DNA of 64,000 nucleotides from Candidatus Cloacimonadota bacterium (lineage in GTDB: Bacteria > Cloacimonadota > Cloacimonadia > JGIOTU-2): positions 32,001 to 96,000 of the forward strand of contig JBNGBT010000001.1 of the NCBI GenBank assembly GCA_049903315.1, written 5' to 3'. Position numbers and translations under genes: made by a program. Shown here piece after piece: positions 1-10,229 of this stretch; the stretch's first letter is position 1; every line of letters starts with the position of its first letter. The notes beneath the pieces were generated by a model that had not been told where the DNA came from, searched no databases, and saw only the letters and a list, made by a program, of their open reading frames with translations.

Positions 1-688
1 TGAGTGAGAGGAATGCATCCTGTATCCAGACCGCATGTATCATTTCTTCACCTGACCGGTCAAAAAATGCAATGAGAGTTTCATTTGCATCTTTTATGAT
101 GATCAGCCATTGCCCGAGTAATTCATCCAGTACGATATCCGATTCTGTTTTAGCGATCTGGCGTACCCCTTTGATGGTTTCATCAGCATAATGTTTGAGG
201 AATATCTGCAAACCTCTTGAATTATTCTCAAGGATGTGCGGGGTGATCATTTGCAGGGGAGTGGGGAAGCTGTCTATGATGAGAGAATGTTCTGCGCTTT
301 CGATCATGCTTATAACCTTTTCATACACGAGCTCGCTGGATTGCAGTTCATAAATACCAATAGGTTCCTGTTTCACATTAAGCTTATCAACCTCCTCAAT
401 GATCCCTTCTCTTTTTTTGGTGAACTCTTTCTCAATCTTATTCAGAAATTGCTCGATGGGGATAGTATCGTAGTACAGTTTGTTCGAAGTATTGTCGCTT
501 ATAACTGCACCTTTGCGCTCCAGACTTTTCAGCGCTTTGTATGTATTGGCAACCGGTTTCCCGATTTTGGAAGCGATCTTATAGCCGGTGCTGCGTTTGT
601 TTTCAAGCAGCCAGATATAGATGGTTGCTTCGAGGTTGGACAGCCCCATTTCACCAAGCAGGTCAGCAAGCTTATTCTGAGTTTTCAT
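1..688 (-). CDS. TrmB-family transcriptional regulator (3' end runs off the window)
   Basis: Not in the ORF track. Manual translation from ATG at 688 gives MKTQNKLADLLGEMGLSNLEATIYIWLLENKRSTGYKIASKIGKPVANTYKALKSLERKGAV..., a TrmB-type wHTH, and the frame stays open to the window edge. Confidence 0.8.
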   Translation of the reverse strand, partial: MKTQNKLADLLGEMGLSNLEATIYIWLLENKRSTGYKIASKIGKPVANTYKALKSLERKGAVISDNTSNKLYYDTIPIEQFLNKIEKEFTKKREGIIEEVDKLNVKQEPIGIYELQSSELVYEKVISMIESAEHSLIIDSFPTPLQMITPHILENNSRGLQIFLKHYADETIKGVRQIAKTESDIVLDELLGQWLIIIKDANETLIAFFDRSGEEMIHAVWIQDAFLSL

Positions 689-825
689 ATATATCCTATT
701 TAGTAGTAGTTTTATGCTACTACTTTTTGGCATTGTTTTTATTTGTCAAATTTTTTAATTTATTTATTGCTATTTTGAGTCTTTAATGCGCTCAGACTCT
801 ATTATTAATTTTTAGAATCATTTCA

Positions 826-853
826 TTGACAAAAAAAATCAATATGTTACTAA
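826..853 (+). promoter_or_regulatory. Putative sigma70-type promoter for the TIGR03546/TIGR03545 operon
   Basis: Perfect TTGACA at 826-831, with a weak -10-like element (TACTAA) near 848-853. TTGAC also recurs upstream of several other genes in this window. Confidence 0.35.
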
Positions 854-882
854 ATTTTTAAAAACACGAATGGGATCATAAT

Positions 883-1407
883 ATGATAATTGTGAAATTA
901 GTTTCTAAAATTATTAAACTTCTGGAATCCGCAGCATCACCTGCGCAGCTCTCATGGGGATTTGTGCTTGGGATGTTCCTCGGTTTTATTCCGGGATTCA
1001 GTCTTTTTAAGATATTCATAGTACTTCTTATCATTCTGCTCAATGTGAACATTACAATGGCGATCGTGTCCCTTGCTCTGTGCGGTTTACTCGGGCTGCT
1101 TCTGGACGGATTGTTCCATTCGATCGGTTTTTCCCTTCTCACGCAGGTCTCATTTCTGCAGGGCTTCTGGACGGCTCTCTATAATACTCCGATATTCCCA
1201 TATTCACGCTTCAATAATACTGTAGTATTGGGAGCGCTTATCAGCTCGATCGTGCTCATCGCACCGGTTTTTTTCCTTATCAAAACACTGGTCATGCTCT
1301 ACAGGAATAAGCTCTCCGCCAGAGTGAAGAAGCTCAAGATCGTCAAAGTGCTTTCCACATCCAAGCTTGTGGGCTTGTACAAGAAGATCAAAGTGGTGGG
1401 GGGATAA
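883..1407 (+). CDS. TIGR03546-family membrane protein
   Basis: Motifs SPAQLSWGFVLGMFLGFIP and LYNTPIFPYSRFNNTVVLG; paired with the downstream TIGR03545-like gene. Confidence 0.8.
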   Translation: MIIVKLVSKIIKLLESAASPAQLSWGFVLGMFLGFIPGFSLFKIFIVLLIILLNVNITMAIVSLALCGLLGLLLDGLFHSIGFSLLTQVSFLQGFWTALYNTPIFPYSRFNNTVVLGALISSIVLIAPVFFLIKTLVMLYRNKLSARVKKLKIVKVLSTSKLVGLYKKIKVVGG

Positions 1408-1408
1408 C

Positions 1409-3283
1409 ATGCGTGTAAAAGGGATAATATTTTTAGCAGTTCTTGCAATTATCGTTGTGGTGCTTTCACTCATTTTTTCGGATAGCTGGCTGGAAAAACA
1501 AATGGAAAAAACAGGCAGCAAAATGGTGGGCGCACGAGTCGAATTTGAGGGATTGAATTTTTCACTTTTCAGCTTGAGACTGTCATGGGACAGCATGCAG
1601 GTAGCCAATCCTGATGATGTGTGGCAAAACTCGTTTGAATCGGGATACACAGAGTTCAATCTTGCATTTGCACCGCTCCTGAAAAAGAAATTTGTAATCG
1701 AGAACCTGCAGATGAGCGAGGTGGCTTTTAATACGGAGCGAAGCACGGACGGCTCTCTTCCTGCAAAGTGGAAACCTGGTAAGAAGGAGGACAAGCCGGA
1801 AAAGAAAACACCTGAATTCATCAAAAATATTGAAGCAGGGATCAAGGATGAGGTCAAGCAATTGCCGGTTATGAATATGGATCAGTACACAAAGGATATT
1901 AACGTGGATAGTCTGCTGGCAGCGATCAACCTGAAGACGCCGCAAAAAGTTGATTCTCTAAAAGAGGTATATACTCAGAAATATGCACAGTGGCAAAAAC
2001 GAATAGAAGATCTGCCGGATCAGCAGGATGTGAAGGAGCTTGAGACCCAGGTGAAAAGCATTGATGTGAATAATATCAAAAGTGTAAAAGATGCCGAACA
2101 AGCCATGGCAACGATTAAAGGTATTCTCGATAAAGCAGAACAGTATAAGAAGCAATATAACGATATTCAGCAGGCGATAGGTCAGGATTCAAAGCTCGCA
2201 CAAAATACATCGGGTGAGGTAACGGTATGGATAGATCAGGATAAAGCGAAAGTACTTTCCTATGCAAAACTTCCGGATCTCTCCGTGGGAAACATGGGTA
2301 AGATCGTATTTGGCAAAAGGGTGATCGAGCAAGTCGATAAGATCACGAACTATATAGGAAAAGCGAAATATTACCTGGACATACTCAAAAAAAATGACAA
2401 GCCCAAAAAAGTTAAAGCTCCCCGTTCAAAAGGACAGAATATATCATTTCCCCTCAAACCGGGCACGATCTATCCTTCTTTCTGGATAAAAAAGATCGAG
2501 TTTTCGGGAACTACAGAAACCGGCTTCAAATTCGCGGGACTTATCACGGATATTACAAGCGATCAGAAACTTATTGATACTCCGACAGTGCTCTTTGCCC
2601 AGGGAATCCGGCAGGATAACGCACAGCTTGATGTGGAACTAACTTTTGATTATCGATCTGAACAGAGCGAGGAAAAGCTGGTAGTTCAGATGAGCAATCT
2701 TCCAATGAAAAATGTGACACTCAGCGATACGCCGCTTCTGCCGAGTAGGATAGAAAAGGGCACAGGAAAAATAGATGCGATCATGCTGCTTCAGCGTCCG
2801 GATTTTGATGCACGGATTGATTTTGTCGCTGAAAATATTGAGTATGCCCCTTCTTCCAAGAATGAGAAAATGGATGCCCGTCTTGTGCGTATCAGCGAGC
2901 AGCTTACGGCTTCGATACATACAATAGATTTCAAAGCAAAGCTCTGGCAGGATGCAAGAGAACCGCTCAAATTCACACTCACCAGCAATCTTGATAAGAT
3001 ACTTACACAGGCAGCAAAAGATGTATTCCAGCAGGAATTGGAACAGGCTAAAAAAGAACTTCGAGCCAGAGTAGATGCCGAACTGCAAAAGTATAAAGAC
3101 CAGCTCAACCAGGAAATTATGACGCAGCAGCAGAAACTGCAAAAACTTTTTGATGATCAAAAAACACGATTTAATGGCGAATTTGCAGTGCTCGAAAATC
3201 TTATTGGCGAAGACGAAGATATTCTTGGAAATGTACTGCAAAACCAGGCAAAGGATCTGCTGGACGGTCTGTTCAAGTTCTAA
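1409..3283 (+). CDS. TIGR03545-family protein (AsmA-like N-terminus, coiled coils)
   Basis: Start reassigned to ATG 1409 (MRVKGII), 1 nt after the upstream stop. N-terminal anchor, GARVEF and QVANPDD motifs, long coiled coils; typical pairing with TIGR03546. Confidence 0.75.
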   Translation: MRVKGIIFLAVLAIIVVVLSLIFSDSWLEKQMEKTGSKMVGARVEFEGLNFSLFSLRLSWDSMQVANPDDVWQNSFESGYTEFNLAFAPLLKKKFVIENLQMSEVAFNTERSTDGSLPAKWKPGKKEDKPEKKTPEFIKNIEAGIKDEVKQLPVMNMDQYTKDINVDSLLAAINLKTPQKVDSLKEVYTQKYAQWQKRIEDLPDQQDVKELETQVKSIDVNNIKSVKDAEQAMATIKGILDKAEQYKKQYNDIQQAIGQDSKLAQNTSGEVTVWIDQDKAKVLSYAKLPDLSVGNMGKIVFGKRVIEQVDKITNYIGKAKYYLDILKKNDKPKKVKAPRSKGQNISFPLKPGTIYPSFWIKKIEFSGTTETGFKFAGLITDITSDQKLIDTPTVLFAQGIRQDNAQLDVELTFDYRSEQSEEKLVVQMSNLPMKNVTLSDTPLLPSRIEKGTGKIDAIMLLQRPDFDARIDFVAENIEYAPSSKNEKMDARLVRISEQLTASIHTIDFKAKLWQDAREPLKFTLTSNLDKILTQAAKDVFQQELEQAKKELRARVDAELQKYKDQLNQEIMTQQQKLQKLFDDQKTRFNGEFAVLENLIGEDEDILGNVLQNQAKDLLDGLFKF

Positions 3284-3308
3284 ATAATTAATATACGAAT
3301 AATAAAGA

Positions 3309-3336
3309 GAAGGCGATAAAGCGCATTATCGCCTTC
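3309..3336. terminator. Hairpin / probable intrinsic terminator
   Basis: GAAGGCGATAA-AGCGCA-TTATCGCCTTC, an 11-bp perfect stem 25 nt after the TIGR03545 stop. The U-tract is weak. Confidence 0.55.
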
Positions 3337-3384
3337 ATCTAACATTTTATTGACAGCACCAAGCATTGATTTCCCAATTTATAT

Positions 3385-4467
3385 ATGAAAAAAATATTCA
3401 TTATCGTGCTTGTATTCATAATTTCACTCATACTCCTCGCATCATCGCGTGGTCTTGAGTTACTGAAGGAAGCACAGTTTTATGAAAAGCTCGATGACGG
3501 CTCTGTTCAATGTACACTTTGCCCCAATTATTGCAGATTACCGGAGGGCATCAAAGGATTATGCCGTGTCCGCCAGAATATTGATGGCATATTGTATTCT
3601 CTTGTATATAACAAGCCCGTTTCTGTGAATATCGATCCTATCGAGAAGAAACCTCTCTATCATTTTTACCCTGGCTCAAAAATACTTTCTCTTGCCACAG
3701 TGGGATGCAACCTGCGGTGTAATTTCTGCCAGAATTGGACAATATCACAATCAAATCCAGACGAAGTACGATCCTATGATGCCACTCCTGAGGAGATTGT
3801 CGAACTGGCAAAGGAGTATAAGTGCAAGAGCATTGCCTTCACCTATACAGAACCAACCGTTTTTTATGAATACATGATCGACATTGCGAAATGTGCACAT
3901 GAAAACGACATCAAAACCGTGTGGGTAACCTGCGGCTACATAAACGAAGAGCCGCTCCGAAAACTCATTCCGTACCTCGATGCGGCAAACATCGACCTGA
4001 AAGGGTATTCCGAAGATTTTTACTCGACCTATACAACGGGCACACTTGAGCCGGTTCTCCGAACCATCGAGATATGCAAGGAGGAAGGGCTCTATTTTGA
4101 GATAACAAACCTGGTTATCCCGGATGCGAATGATGATCCTGAAATGATACGCGATATGTGCGTGTGGCTGAAAGAAACGATTGGAACAGAGTACCCGCTT
4201 CATTTTTCGAGATTTTCACCTCAATTCAAGCTGACGAACAGACCGCCCACGCCAGTAAAAACACTCGAGAAAGCATACGAGATCGCAAAAGATGTTGGTT
4301 TGAAATATGTGTATATAGGAAATGTGGTCACAGCTTCCGAAGATACCTTTTGCCCGAACTGCGGAAAGAAGATCATAGACAGGTACGGATTTAGTGTGCA
4401 GGAGATAAATATTTCAGATGGCAAATGTGATTTTTGCGGACATGAAATATTTGGCGAGTTTGAATAA
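3385..4467 (+). CDS. amrS: AmmeMemoRadiSam system radical SAM enzyme, with N-terminal hydrophobic leader
   Basis: CTLCPNYC, DPIEKKPLYHFYPG, CNLRCNFCQNW (CxxxCxxC), DAANIDLK, PLHFSRF, YVYIGN, and C-terminal CPNC/CDFC. Confidence 0.9.
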   Translation: MKKIFIIVLVFIISLILLASSRGLELLKEAQFYEKLDDGSVQCTLCPNYCRLPEGIKGLCRVRQNIDGILYSLVYNKPVSVNIDPIEKKPLYHFYPGSKILSLATVGCNLRCNFCQNWTISQSNPDEVRSYDATPEEIVELAKEYKCKSIAFTYTEPTVFYEYMIDIAKCAHENDIKTVWVTCGYINEEPLRKLIPYLDAANIDLKGYSEDFYSTYTTGTLEPVLRTIEICKEEGLYFEITNLVIPDANDDPEMIRDMCVWLKETIGTEYPLHFSRFSPQFKLTNRPPTPVKTLEKAYEIAKDVGLKYVYIGNVVTASEDTFCPNCGKKIIDRYGFSVQEINISDGKCDFCGHEIFGEFE

Positions 4468-4473
4468 ACTTTC

Positions 4474-6600
4474 ATGAAAAAGAAATACCTCCTTTTCATC
4501 GCATTAGGAGTCAGTTCACTCATTGGTCAAACAGTACTTCTGCGTGAAATGCTCATCGAAGTACGCGGGAACGAGATTGTCTTTTCAATCTACCTTTCAT
4601 TGTGGCTTTTAATGATTGCAGCGGGGAGTTTACTCGGAAGATACCTCTTGCATAAAAAGAATTTCGAAAGATGGATTTCAGCAGGTTATATATTACTTTC
4701 GGTTCTTCTGATCTTGCAATTCTTCGGGATTCGATTATTGGGGAATGCGTTCACGATCATTTCCGGCGAAATGTTCAGCATTGGGAATATGTTTCTGCTT
4801 GCACTGATCATTCTTACGCCAGGATGCCTGATACTCGGCGCATTATTTCCATTGTTATGTACAGCCATCAAGTCGATGAAAGACCCGGTGCACGAAGGAT
4901 ATATTTTTGAGAGTATCGGCATTGTGGTTGGCGGTATACTCTTTGCTGTCGGGATACTTTTTTTTAAGCATATCCAACTGCTTGTGGTTATCGGATTACT
5001 CAACAGCATCATTCTGTTTTTGATTTTTAAAAGGAAGTATCTATTCATACCGATCGTGATCTTTTTTGTGTTTGCTTTCTTCGCGGAGCACATTTTTATG
5101 GATATCTATGCCCGGAAATATATTCCCCAAACACTTCAGTTCTCGCGTGATTCCAAGTACGGCAGACTCGATGTGACCGAAGAGCAGGAGCAGATGAATT
5201 ATTTCTGGAATGGAGAACTTTTTGCTCACACTGATAATAAAATGTATGCAGCACAGATGGTGAATTTCGTCATGATGCAAAATCCTCATGCACAAAAAGT
5301 GCTGCTCGTGGGAGGGATGCTAAACGGGTTTATTTCCGAGATAACACAATATCAATCCCTCGAATACATCGACTATCTCGAACTGGATAAAAACATGATC
5401 GCCTTTGCTCCCCACCATCCGGATGTGCAGTATATTCAGGACGACCCGGTTCGTTTTTTACGGACTACTTCAGAGAAATATGATATCATTTTTATTGATG
5501 TGCCAGATCCCACATCCCTGCTGCTGAACCGTTATTATACAATGGATTTTTTTACACTTGCACAAAAGCATTTCTCGACAGATTCTTCACTTCTGGCGAT
5601 TACTCTGAGCAGCGGGGCAAATTTCATGACGCCGGAACTTGTACTGCTCAATGCGTCGGTATGGAATACATTTGCCGAAGTGTTTCCCTGCACGATCGTA
5701 ATCCCTTCGATAAAAAATATTTTCATAGGAAGCAAGGCAGAAATACTCACGAATAATGTCGAAAAACTTCAATTACGCGCAGAAGGTCACCAATCCGAAT
5801 GGTTTAATAAAACTGTAATTTTTGAGAGGTGCAATGCTTTGCGGTTACAGCAATTTTTCAGATCGATAAAGGGGAAAGGAGATCTGAATACAATTGCCGA
5901 TCCTGTTGCCTATCTCTCCGCAGTAACGGTTTGGACGAGTATTTTGGAAATGAATATTAATTCAACTCTGGCATGGATGAAAACTCATAGCGGATTGCTC
6001 TTTGTACTCAGCATTATTCTCGTTCTTGTACTCGCTTTCAGCGCTTCTAAACTGAATATTCAATCTCAAACTCAGACCGATATGCAGATTTTTTTGGTAA
6101 GTCTTGTAAATTTTGTGATGCAGCTGGTGCTTCTCAACCTCTTCCAGATGCAGTTTGGAAATATCTATTTCATGGTCTTTTTGTTCACCTCGTTCTTTAT
6201 AATCGGACTGGCTGCTGGGTTTGTATTCCGTAAGAGAGTCCGATTAAATATTTCATTATTGTATGTGCTCAATATTATTTTTGCAGGAAGTGTCTGGCTC
6301 ATATTTGATGTGCTGATGCCCGGCATTGTATATTTATTTTTCAATATACTTTTTGCCTTTCTTGAGGGGAGCATTCTATCAAAACTTCTTGATGTGAAGT
6401 ATCAGAAAGAGAGCATTCAAAGTGGAAGTTCGTTTTATTTTTTAGATAGTCTAGGGTCCATGGTCGGGGGGCTGATCATAGGTGTGCTATTATTTCCTGT
6501 TCTTGGAATTAGGAGTAGTGTCCTTGTGCTAGTGTGTTTACTTGTGATAAATCTACTTTTAGGAGTATTGCCGCAGAGCACACAGAGAGCACTAAGATAA
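4474..6600 (+). CDS. Membrane-fused spermidine synthase-like (SAM-dependent transferase) protein
   Basis: N- and C-terminal multi-TM blocks flank a Rossmann domain with SKYG, KVLLVGG, YLELD, YDIIFIDVPDP and LNRYYT. Confidence 0.7.
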   Translation: MKKKYLLFIALGVSSLIGQTVLLREMLIEVRGNEIVFSIYLSLWLLMIAAGSLLGRYLLHKKNFERWISAGYILLSVLLILQFFGIRLLGNAFTIISGEMFSIGNMFLLALIILTPGCLILGALFPLLCTAIKSMKDPVHEGYIFESIGIVVGGILFAVGILFFKHIQLLVVIGLLNSIILFLIFKRKYLFIPIVIFFVFAFFAEHIFMDIYARKYIPQTLQFSRDSKYGRLDVTEEQEQMNYFWNGELFAHTDNKMYAAQMVNFVMMQNPHAQKVLLVGGMLNGFISEITQYQSLEYIDYLELDKNMIAFAPHHPDVQYIQDDPVRFLRTTSEKYDIIFIDVPDPTSLLLNRYYTMDFFTLAQKHFSTDSSLLAITLSSGANFMTPELVLLNASVWNTFAEVFPCTIVIPSIKNIFIGSKAEILTNNVEKLQLRAEGHQSEWFNKTVIFERCNALRLQQFFRSIKGKGDLNTIADPVAYLSAVTVWTSILEMNINSTLAWMKTHSGLLFVLSIILVLVLAFSASKLNIQSQTQTDMQIFLVSLVNFVMQLVLLNLFQMQFGNIYFMVFLFTSFFIIGLAAGFVFRKRVRLNISLLYVLNIIFAGSVWLIFDVLMPGIVYLFFNILFAFLEGSILSKLLDVKYQKESIQSGSSFYFLDSLGSMVGGLIIGVLLFPVLGIRSSVLVLVCLLVINLLLGVLPQSTQRALR

Positions 6601-6632
6601 ATAGGATAAAAATAATTTAGAAATGAATAAAT

Positions 6633-6761
6633 CCCCTCTAAAAAGAGGGGTGTCCGCCAATTGGCGGACGGGGTGTGTAATTTGTTGTTCATCTTCTCAT
6701 TGATGAGAAAACGAAACGATTAAACACTTCATTGTCATACTTCGAGAACCTCAGCATGACA
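6633..6761. repeat. Cluster of short palindromic REP-like elements between convergent genes
   Basis: CCCCTCT-N4-AGAGGGG (6633-6650), a perfect 18-bp palindrome GTCCGCCAATTGGCGGAC (6652-6669), and TGTCAT...ATGACA (6733-6761). Confidence 0.6.
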
Positions 6762-6889
6762 TCTGCCTATCAAGATTTCTTCACGATAATTTCCATGAGG
6801 TCCATAAGAAAATATCTGCGTTTATCTGTGCAATCAGTGTTAATCAGTGTGCTATTGTATATCTATAATAGAAATCCGTTGTTCTAATT

Positions 6890-8026
6890 CTATCTACTCA
6901 ACAGCTTATGCGCTTCCTTTAAGGATTGAATGATTGGAACCTTCTGAGGACATTTCGACTCACATTCACCGCATTCGATGCATTTATCTGCACGGTTTTC
7001 CTCTTTAATGAAATTATTATACATCATAACCGAACGTTCCATGTCATCATAAATATTACTCTGCATATATGCACCAAGGCATGATGAGATAGATACTCCC
7101 TGAGGACAGGGTTCACAATATTTACAGGATGTGCAGCGGATTGGTGATCGCTTATGATATGCTCGCTTGATTTTTTGGAACACGTGCATTTCATCTATTG
7201 AAAATAAATTAACTTTCGCCTTATTAGCACTTACAACATTTTCCTGTACCTGCTGCAATGTCGTCATGCCACTCAGCACAAGAGGAATTTCTTCATGATG
7301 CCAGACCCATTGCAAAGCACCATCAGCATAAGTCATCTTGCTGCTGAAATTTTGCCAGATTCTTTGTATTTCAGCAGGTGGTTCTTTCGCAAGAAGACCT
7401 CCACGGATTGGCTCCATCACGATCACATCGATATTCTTCTTTGCCGCAAGCTTGAGCCCCTTCCTTCCCGCCTGATATCTGGTATCCATATAATTATACA
7501 TGATCTGACAGAATTCCCATTTATCATAGTCATGTATGATAGCTTCAAAAACTTTATAATGATCGTGAAAAGAAAAACCGATATGTTTGATCCTGCCCTC
7601 TTTCTTTTTGCTTTCACACCATTCAAGCACATTCATTACTTTGAGCTTATTCCAAGATTTTTGGTTCAAAGCATGCAATAAATAAAAATCGAAGTAGTCA
7701 GTTTGCAGTCTTTCCATCTGCTCATCGAGGAGTTTATCCATATCATCGTTATCGTTCACAAACCACGCAGGAAGTTTTGTAGCAAGTAAAATATCTTTTC
7801 GATTTCCATGCTTATGTAGATATTTTCCTATGAATTTCTCGCTCTCACCACCATGATAAGGATAGGCAGTATCAATATAATTCACCCCGTGCTCAAGCGC
7901 ATAATCCAGCATTTCTTCTGCCTTGTCCGCATCGATCTTTTTAGAATCTCCATCAATGATCGGCAAGCGCATTGCCCCAAATCCCAAAATTGAAACCTTA
8001 TGACCGCACAGTGACCGATAATGCAT
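6890..8026 (-). CDS. Aldo/keto reductase with C-terminal 4Fe-4S dicluster
   Basis: SILGFGAMRLP, NYIDTAYPYHGG, LATKLP, VMEPIRGG, CTSCKYCEPCP and CIECGECESKCP. Confidence 0.92.
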   Translation of the reverse strand: MHYRSLCGHKVSILGFGAMRLPIIDGDSKKIDADKAEEMLDYALEHGVNYIDTAYPYHGGESEKFIGKYLHKHGNRKDILLATKLPAWFVNDNDDMDKLLDEQMERLQTDYFDFYLLHALNQKSWNKLKVMNVLEWCESKKKEGRIKHIGFSFHDHYKVFEAIIHDYDKWEFCQIMYNYMDTRYQAGRKGLKLAAKKNIDVIVMEPIRGGLLAKEPPAEIQRIWQNFSSKMTYADGALQWVWHHEEIPLVLSGMTTLQQVQENVVSANKAKVNLFSIDEMHVFQKIKRAYHKRSPIRCTSCKYCEPCPQGVSISSCLGAYMQSNIYDDMERSVMMYNNFIKEENRADKCIECGECESKCPQKVPIIQSLKEAHKLLSR

Positions 8027-8151
8027 AGTATATAATACCTTTTTTTCACACTTCAGGAATGTGAAGAATATTTGTTAAGATTTTTCTTTATAATGCTTCA
8101 TTTGCATCGTTTCTCAACGAGTCCTCGTTCTTTTGGAATCAACATTAATTA

Positions 8152-8631
8152 TTATGCCTGCAACTCCTTCAAGGTTTCGAGCACTTTTTCTGCATGATCC
8201 TTTGCTTTCACTTTGTGCCATGCCTGAGCGATCATGCCTTCCGGTGTGATTAAAAAGGTGCTGCGAACTACTCCCATGAACTCTTTTCCGTACAATTTCT
8301 TCTTCTGCCATACACCGTACTTTTCCATTACTACATGGTCGGGATCGCTGAGGAGTTCGATGCCGAGATCATGCTTTTCGATGAAGTTATTATGACTCTG
8401 TATCGAATCCTTGCTCACGCCAATTACAATTGCACCGAGTTCGCTGAATGCATCTACAAGGCAGGTAAACTCCTTTGCTTCCAATGTACAGCCGGATGTA
8501 TTATCTTTTGGGTAGAAATAGAGCACCAGCCATGAACCTGCATAATCACTGAGCGAGACGTCCTCCTCACTCTGATTCAACAGCGTGAAGTCCGGTGCAT
8601 GATCACCGATCTGAAGTATAATGTTTTTCAT
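8152..8631 (-). CDS. bcp: Thioredoxin-dependent thiol peroxidase (Bcp/PrxQ)
   Basis: VLYFYPKDNTSGCTLEA and RSTFLI motifs. GGAGG lies 5 nt before ATG 8631. Confidence 0.9.
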   Translation of the reverse strand: MKNIILQIGDHAPDFTLLNQSEEDVSLSDYAGSWLVLYFYPKDNTSGCTLEAKEFTCLVDAFSELGAIVIGVSKDSIQSHNNFIEKHDLGIELLSDPDHVVMEKYGVWQKKKLYGKEFMGVVRSTFLITPEGMIAQAWHKVKAKDHAEKVLETLKELQA

Positions 8632-8632
8632 G

Positions 8633-8968
8633 CTATCCTCCATTATCAGACAATGAATCTATGATACCTTTCATATTGTCCCGATATTTTTTTAGTGCAT
8701 TTTTACCTTTTGTTGTAATACGAATAAGGGTCCGCGGGATCTTGTCCACAAATTCTTTGCTGACCTTCACGTAACCTGCTGCTTCCAGCTTGCTGATGTG
8801 GCTGGAGAGATTGCCGCGCGTCAATTCCGTCTGCTTCATTAAAAAAGTAAAATCCGCACTGTTGATTACCGAGAGGTAGGAGAGGATCATGAGCCGGGCA
8901 GGTTCATGCACCAGTTTGTCGATATCTGAAAGGGCGTGAAATGATTGTTCAGATGTAGTATTTGCCAT
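8633..8968 (-). CDS. Winged-helix transcriptional regulator (HTH_34, ArsR/MarR-like)
   Basis: DKLVHEPARLMILSYL, ADFTFL, GNLSSHISKLEAAGYV and PRT motifs. Confidence 0.85.
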   Translation of the reverse strand: MANTTSEQSFHALSDIDKLVHEPARLMILSYLSVINSADFTFLMKQTELTRGNLSSHISKLEAAGYVKVSKEFVDKIPRTLIRITTKGKNALKKYRDNMKGIIDSLSDNGG

Positions 8969-8980
8969 GAGAACTCCTTC

Positions 8981-10186
8981 CTACTTCAGCTTCTTTGCGA
9001 ATTCATCTTTACCGGACCATCCTGTCAGCAGCAATACCAGCGCTAGCACACCCGAACCAATTATGAAAGTGGAAATCGGTGACAGATCAAACAGGTACAA
9101 CAGATTGCAGCATAATGCCATAACCCCTACAAAAAAGAAGCGCTTTGCTTTGTACATCGTGGCAAGAATGAGGAAGTACAATCCAAGACAGATAAACATA
9201 AGCGCCGGAACGAAACCGAAAGAACGGGAAGAAACTTCAGCAAGTCCCTGCACAGAAAACACTGCCAATCCTGCAAGATTGACCAAAAACATGACCATGA
9301 AATTCCTGAGAAAGCTTCTGCTTTTCACAAAGCTGTTAACCTCGTTTTCTTCAAGGTGTGTGAAGGTGGTTCTTTTACGTGCTGAGTAGGTGAACATACT
9401 GAATATGACGGGTGGAACTATGAGCAGCACATAGAGAGAGACAACACTCAACTGCTTGAAGATGAGATACACCACGACCCACACAAAGAAGTTGACTCCC
9501 AAATAGATCTCATCGATCCCATCCTGGTACACAAGGGAATATCCTTTTCGCTGCTCTTCCAGATCTTTGTATTCCTCGGACTTATCTTCCAGAATAGGAT
9601 TGTCCCTGATGAATTTGTAGAATGTGTACAAACCCGCTGGGATCATGACTGCTGCGATGAGGAACAGGGAATAGATGAAATTGAGCAACATGCGCTGCTT
9701 CAGTAAAAATACAAGCGCGATTCCCGCAATTACTGCAAACCCATAAAGATAGTATCTTTTAAATTGATAACGATTGGCGAAATAGAAGAAAAATACTCCA
9801 ATTCCTACAAGGATGATAACCGGCAATGCTCTGAAGAATCCGGAAGGAATGGTGACAATATTCCGTGCAAACAGGAAGAACACCCCTGCTCCAAAAAAAG
9901 CAACCCCTGCAATAAGGAACATGACCATGCGCTGGCTCGTACGGATGTCCACATACCCGATGCGGGGAAAGGTGAACCGCTTGCGTATACTCGTTGCAAG
10001 CGGACCAACCATCACGGATGGGAGGATTACCAGCATGATGAGATTCTTGTCGTACATTACATTAAAATAAAGATACAACCCAATCACCAGGCAGATGAAT
10101 CCCCACATAATATCCAACACCCCGTCCTGATGAAGGGTCTGCACTGCCCTTTTACGAACTTCTTTTACATCAAAGTTTTGAGTCAT
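8981..10186 (-). CDS. Integral membrane protein with internal duplication
   Basis: About 12 hydrophobic segments in two related halves (QDGVLDIMWG..RKRFTFP / QDGIDEIYLG..RKRTTFT). Confidence 0.75.
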   Translation of the reverse strand: MTQNFDVKEVRKRAVQTLHQDGVLDIMWGFICLVIGLYLYFNVMYDKNLIMLVILPSVMVGPLATSIRKRFTFPRIGYVDIRTSQRMVMFLIAGVAFFGAGVFFLFARNIVTIPSGFFRALPVIILVGIGVFFFYFANRYQFKRYYLYGFAVIAGIALVFLLKQRMLLNFIYSLFLIAAVMIPAGLYTFYKFIRDNPILEDKSEEYKDLEEQRKGYSLVYQDGIDEIYLGVNFFVWVVVYLIFKQLSVVSLYVLLIVPPVIFSMFTYSARKRTTFTHLEENEVNSFVKSRSFLRNFMVMFLVNLAGLAVFSVQGLAEVSSRSFGFVPALMFICLGLYFLILATMYKAKRFFFVGVMALCCNLLYLFDLSPISTFIIGSGVLALVLLLTGWSGKDEFAKKLK

Positions 10187-10212
10187 TGTGACCTCCGTGA
10201 AATATTGAGTTT

Positions 10213-10229
10213 AGTTTGCAGCGCAAACT
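10213..10229. promoter_or_regulatory. Putative operator palindrome
   Basis: AGTTTGC-AGC-GCAAACT, located between a minus-strand TTGACA (10262-10267) and the start of the membrane protein/HTH/bcp run. Confidence 0.5.

Noticed and set aside
236..786. Plus-strand ORFs 236..703 and 541..786
   Set aside because: Antisense shadows of the TrmB-like gene.
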